Shown here in pieces: positions 63,705-64,000 of a DNA stretch of 64,000 bases; position 1 is the first letter of the stretch; each line of letters opens with the position of its first letter. Position numbers and translations under genes: made by a program. Origin of the DNA: Christensenellaceae bacterium (GTDB lineage: Bacteria; Bacillota; Clostridia; Christensenellales; SZUA-584); the NCBI GenBank assembly GCA_963674545.2, contig CAXXFB010000001.1, positions 2,484,744-2,548,743 of the forward strand, read 5' to 3'. A model generated the notes under the pieces. It was given only the letters and a program-made list of their open reading frames with translations, was not told the origin of the DNA and did not search any database.

Positions 63705-64000
63705 TTACTGCGACAGACGTTCTTTCATCTTTTCGTATTCAAATGCCATCAGTCCGAAGTTATCATCCGTAAGTTTCTTGGTAAGGCTGGAAAGCGGTAT
63801 CTTTTCGCTAAGCAGATAAGTATATATACCCGCTCTGTCAACGTCGCCGACCAGTATCATGCCGACAAGTTTATCGTCTTTGACAATAAAGCGTCTCATC
63901 ATAATGCCTTCATTTTTGGAAAGCAGCTGTGTTCCTTCTCCGTCTTGTATTCCGGCTGTTATTATCGGCAGACCGAAGAACCCTACAGCGTTCATCGGGA
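63705..64000 (-). CDS. C-terminal part of an FAD/NAD(P)-dependent oxidoreductase (gene starts right of the window)
   Basis: The frame stays open to the window edge. 'RRFIVKDDKLVGMILVGDVDRAGI' looks like the C-terminal dimerisation region of pyridine-nucleotide-disulfide oxidoreductases. Confidence 0.45.
   Translation of the reverse strand, partial: PMNAVGFFGLPIITAGIQDGEGTQLLSKNEGIMMRRFIVKDDKLVGMILVGDVDRAGIYTYLLSEKIPLSSLTKKLTDDNFGLMAFEYEKMKERLSQ

Noticed and set aside
63167-63772. 201-aa plus-strand ORF.
   Set aside because: It is antisense to the GXGXG-domain gene, which has clear family motifs and a proper RBS on the minus strand.

Overview
The window looks like a Clostridia-type (Firmicutes) segment with two very different halves, judged by eye rather than computed. 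The left ~39 kb is AT-rich accreted mobile DNA. The right ~25 kb is visibly more GC-rich chromosomal backbone. The switch coincides with a tRNA-Ser(UGA) gene at 39169-39258 on the minus strand.

Left part, in order:
- 1-3.7 kb: the end of a conjugative-element module, with a type III Res C-terminus, an NlpC/P60 hydrolase and a sortase.
- 3.9-16.8 kb: a LacI-controlled rare-sugar locus resembling D-allose/allulose utilisation. It holds a sugar-phosphate 3-epimerase, RpiB, a ROK kinase, an ABC importer, a DUF4432 mutarotase-like protein and two unknown paralogues. The LacI gene carries a near-perfect in-frame 252/249-bp tandem duplication.
- 17.4-21.9 kb: a recombination module with a sigma-r4-like HTH gene, an ORF-free stem-rich ~0.45-kb segment, a small protein and two overlapping large serine recombinases. 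The second recombinase has Thr at the nucleophile position.
- 22.0-23.2 kb: two small envelope or secreted proteins.
- 23.4-39.2 kb: a ~15.8-kb integrative mobilisable element bounded by a 10-bp copy of the tRNA-Ser 3' end. Its backbone is TnpV-like, XRE, RHH, MobC, relaxase, TnpW-like and a large serine recombinase. Its cargo is a defence island: Fic, type I HsdR, a fused HsdM-HsdS, an orphan 318-aa gene, a 4-TM plus ~310-aa pair with Kiwa-like architecture, and Mrr.

Right part, in order:
- a corrinoid methyltransferase set (URO-D family protein fused to a thioredoxin-like domain, PocR/AraC regulator, corrinoid protein) and an HD protein
- an unknown gene coupled to a rifampin-phosphotransferase-like PEP-utilising enzyme
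- four tandem UPF0316 paralogues plus a LOG-family gene, then a class IV aminotransferase
- a 98-bp tandem repeat
- rpmE, a DUF1385 gene, prmC and prfA
- a GNAT, a C11 peptidase, dfx-rbr, an LCP protein, an AraC regulator, a PIG-L deacetylase and a YeiH-type transporter
- split glutamate-synthase-like genes at the right edge

No CRISPR array or rRNA was seen. The best candidates for something new are the defence cargo at 30.2-32.8 kb and the structured non-coding segment at 17.8-18.3 kb.
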